Positions 61,160 to 64,000 of a stretch of DNA of 64,000 bases are shown here, one piece after another. Source of the DNA: Squalus acanthias (lineage: Eukaryota); the NCBI GenBank assembly GCA_030390025.1, contig CM059437.1, positions 72,168,001-72,232,000 of the forward strand. Reading direction: 5' to 3'. A program made the position numbers and the translations under genes. Numbering within the stretch: position 1 is the first letter of the stretch; the number at the start of each line of letters is the position of its first letter. The notes below the pieces were generated by a model that was not told where the DNA came from, searched no databases, and saw nothing but the letters and a program-made list of their open reading frames with translations.

Positions 61160-64000
61160 AATATAGGAACAGGAGAAGGCCATTCAATTAGATCATAGCT
61201 GGTCTGTACCTCAACTCCATTTACTTGCCTTTGTTCCATATCACTTGCTACCCTTATCCAACAAAAATCTATTGATCTCATTCTTGAACATTTCAATTGA
61301 CCCACATCCACCGTCTTTTGGAGGAGATAGATCCAGATTTCCAATACCCTTTGTGTGATAAATGCTTCCTGATTTCACTCCTAAATGGTCTAGCTCTAAT
61401 TTTAAAATTATGCCCCCTTCTTCTGGATTCTCTCACCAGAGGAAAAAGTTTCTCTCTATCTACCCTATCCAATCTTTTTATCATTTAAATAACTTGACTA
61501 GACCACCTCCTCAACCTTCTAAATTCAAGGGAATGCAAGCCAAAGTTGTGCCACCTGTCCTCATAATTTAACCCATTAAGTCCTGGTATAATTCTGGTGA
61601 ATCTGCGTTGCACCTCTTCCAAGGCCAATATATTTTTCCTGAGGTACGGTGCCCAAAACTGAATGCAGTTCTCCAGATGGAGTCTGGCTAAGAGGCTCTG
61701 TACAACTGAAGCATTTCAATTCCAACCCCCTCGAGATAAATGCCAACCTTCCATTAACCATGTTGATGACTTTTTGTACCTATGCACAATCTTTTAGTAA
61801 AATAAGAACATAAGAACATGAAATAGGAACTGGAGTAGGCCATTCTGTTTATCATTATTATTATGTGGACAAGCCACATGACTACTGTGGCAACAAGAGC
61901 AGGTCAGAGGCTAGGTATTCTGCGGCGAGTGTCTCACCTCCGGACTCCCCAAAGCCTTTCCACCATCTACAAGGCACAAGTAAGGAGTGTGATGGAATAC
62001 TCTCCACTTGCCTGGATGAGTGCAGCTGCAACAACACTCAAGAAGCTCGACACCATCCAGGACAAAGCAGCCCATTTGATTGGCACCCCATCCACTACCT
62101 TAAACAAACATTCACTCCCTCCACCACCAGCGTACCGTGGCTGCAGTGTGTACCATCTACAAGATGCACTGCAGCAACTCACCAAGACTTCTTCGGCAGC
62201 ACCTCCCAAACCTGCGACCTCTTCCACCTAGAAGGACAAGGGCAGCAGGTGCATGGGAACACCACCACCTCCAAATTCTCCTCCAAGTCACACACCATCC
62301 TGACTTAGAAGTATATCGCTGATCCTTCATCGTCACTGGGTCAAAATCCTGGAATTTCCTACCTAACAGCACTGTGGGAGTACCTTCACCACACAGACTG
62401 CAGCGGTTCAAGAAGGCGGCTCACCACCACCTTCTCAAGGGCAACTAGGGATGGGCAATAAATGCTGGCCTTGCCAGCGACGTCCAGATCCCATAAGCGC
62501 ACAAAAAAAACAACCCCATAATCTGGGGACATGGACCCCTAAATCGCTTTGCTCCTCCACAGCTCCCAGTCACCATTAGGAAAATAATCCGATTTGTCTT
62601 TCTGAAATCCAAAGTGGATGACCTCACACTTCCCCACATTGACCTCCATCTGCCATAGTGTTATCCACTCACTTAATCTGTCTATGTTCCTTTGTAACTT
62701 CCTGCTCCCATCTACACACTTCCTGGCCTTCTAACTTTGTGTCATCTGCAAATTTGGATGTACGAATCCCTATTCCTTCATCCAAGTCATTAACATATAT
62801 GGTGAAAAGCTGAGGCTAAACTACAGATCCATGGGGACCACCACTTGTCACATCCCGCCAGTCAGAAAACAAACTCTTTATCCATAGTCGCCGTCTCCTA
62901 CCTCCAATCAATTACCAACCCATACCACAAGGTTTCCTCCAATTTCACGTGCTCTCATTTGTACAATCTGTGTGGAACATTATCAAATGTCTTCAGGAAG
63001 TTCATACAGACAACATCCATATACTACCCTATCCACCTTGCTAGTCACCTCTTCAGGAAAAAAACCATGAGTGACACATGACCTACCCTTCACAAATCAG
63101 TGCTGACTCTTTGAGCCGCTGAAACTTGTCTAGCTGCTTTGTCACTCTGTCTCCATTGATGCATTCCAGTAACTTCTCTACAATTGATGTTAAACTGACA
63201 GGTGTGTAGTTACCTGGTTTCCCTCGCCCTCTCTTAAATAATGGAGTGACATTTGCAATGTTCCAATTCAAGACGTAATTCCTGAACCGAGAGAGCTTTG
63301 GGAAATTATGACTAATGCATCTGCCATTTCCTCACCTATTTCTTTTAATACTCTGGAGTGGAAACAATCAGGTCCTGGAGATTTGTCTATCTTAAGTTCC
63401 ATTATTTTCTTCATTATAATTTTCTTACTTATATTAAATTTACTAAGCAACCCCCCTCCCCCCCCAACTAATTTTTAGTTTCCTTGTACCACTGGTATTT
63501 GTTCTCTTCCTCCACTGTGAAAATGGACATAAAGTACTCATTTAACAAGTCTGCATTTTCTTATTATCCATTATCATCTCACCTGTATCTGTCATTAATG
63601 GGCCCACATTCCTCACCACTCTCTTTCTCTTAATATATTTAGAAAAACTTTTGCTGTTAGCTTTGATATCCCTTGCCAAGTTGTTTTTCATATTCCCTTT
63701 TTGTCCCTCATATTGCTTTCTTTGTATCTCTTTGTTGCTTTTTAATAGCTCTCTAGACTGCTGGATTTCCATTTTTCCTTGCATTTGTGTAAGCATTTTC
63801 TTTTAGCTTGGTACTGTATCTTGCCTCATTTGTTGACTATGGTTGTATAACTACACACTTTTAAGGGTATGTATTGGTTTTTTATTGTATCAAATACTTC
63901 TTTGAATACTTCCCACTGTTTGTCTGTAGGTTTACCCATTAACAGTTCAACCCAGTTTACTGCAGTCAACTTATTTCTCATCCCTTTGAAATCTGCCTTA
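61160..64000 (-). mobile_element. CR1 LINE fragments (61160-61850 and 62515-64000)
   Basis: Minus-strand peptides RRRGHNFKIRARPF, WNIANVTPLFKRG...PGNYTPVSLTS, KSPGPDCFHSRVLKE, ARDIKANSKSFSKY. Confidence 0.88.
61864..62510 (+). mobile_element. Zenon-like LINE 3' fragment nested in CR1
   Basis: YKAQVRSVMEYSPLAW motif; tail gggatgggcaataaatgctggcc...poly(A). Confidence 0.92.

Noticed and set aside
30635-64000. hip1r exon 1 and promoter
   Set aside because: No segment encoding an MNSIK...EREQFDKTQ-like peptide was seen, and CpG-rich patches here look like MITEs. Exon 1 is probably beyond the window.

Overview
Vertebrate genomic DNA, most likely from a shark or other elasmobranch, inferred from the repeat families (CR1, L2 and Zenon-like LINEs, Penelope-like elements, Deu-domain SINEs, Harbinger-type MITEs). 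The whole window lies inside one minus-strand gene, hip1r (huntingtin-interacting protein 1-related). Six short coding exons (equivalent to exons 2-7, 484 nt, ANTH domain region) splice into one open frame: AASISKAINNQEVPVKEKHARRIILGTHHEKGAFTFWSYAIG...FQLTVEMFDYMDCELKVAEG. Exon 1 and exon 8 onward were not found and probably lie outside the window. The long ORFs in the ORF track are transposon fragments or tandem-repeat artefacts. Four observations stand out. (1) hip1r intron 2 is a minor-spliceosome (U12) intron with non-canonical GT...AT ends. (2) A Gypsy LTR element has a primer-binding position that is the exact 11-nt complement of a sequence inside its own LTR, the geometry of Tf1-type self-priming. 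(3) Two Penelope-like families carry minimal hammerhead-ribozyme motifs, several on the pre-mRNA strand. (4) One of these motifs sits in a 135-bp near-perfect fold-back insertion with a 12-bp TSD. Repeat boundaries are approximate and family names come from recognition, not database search.
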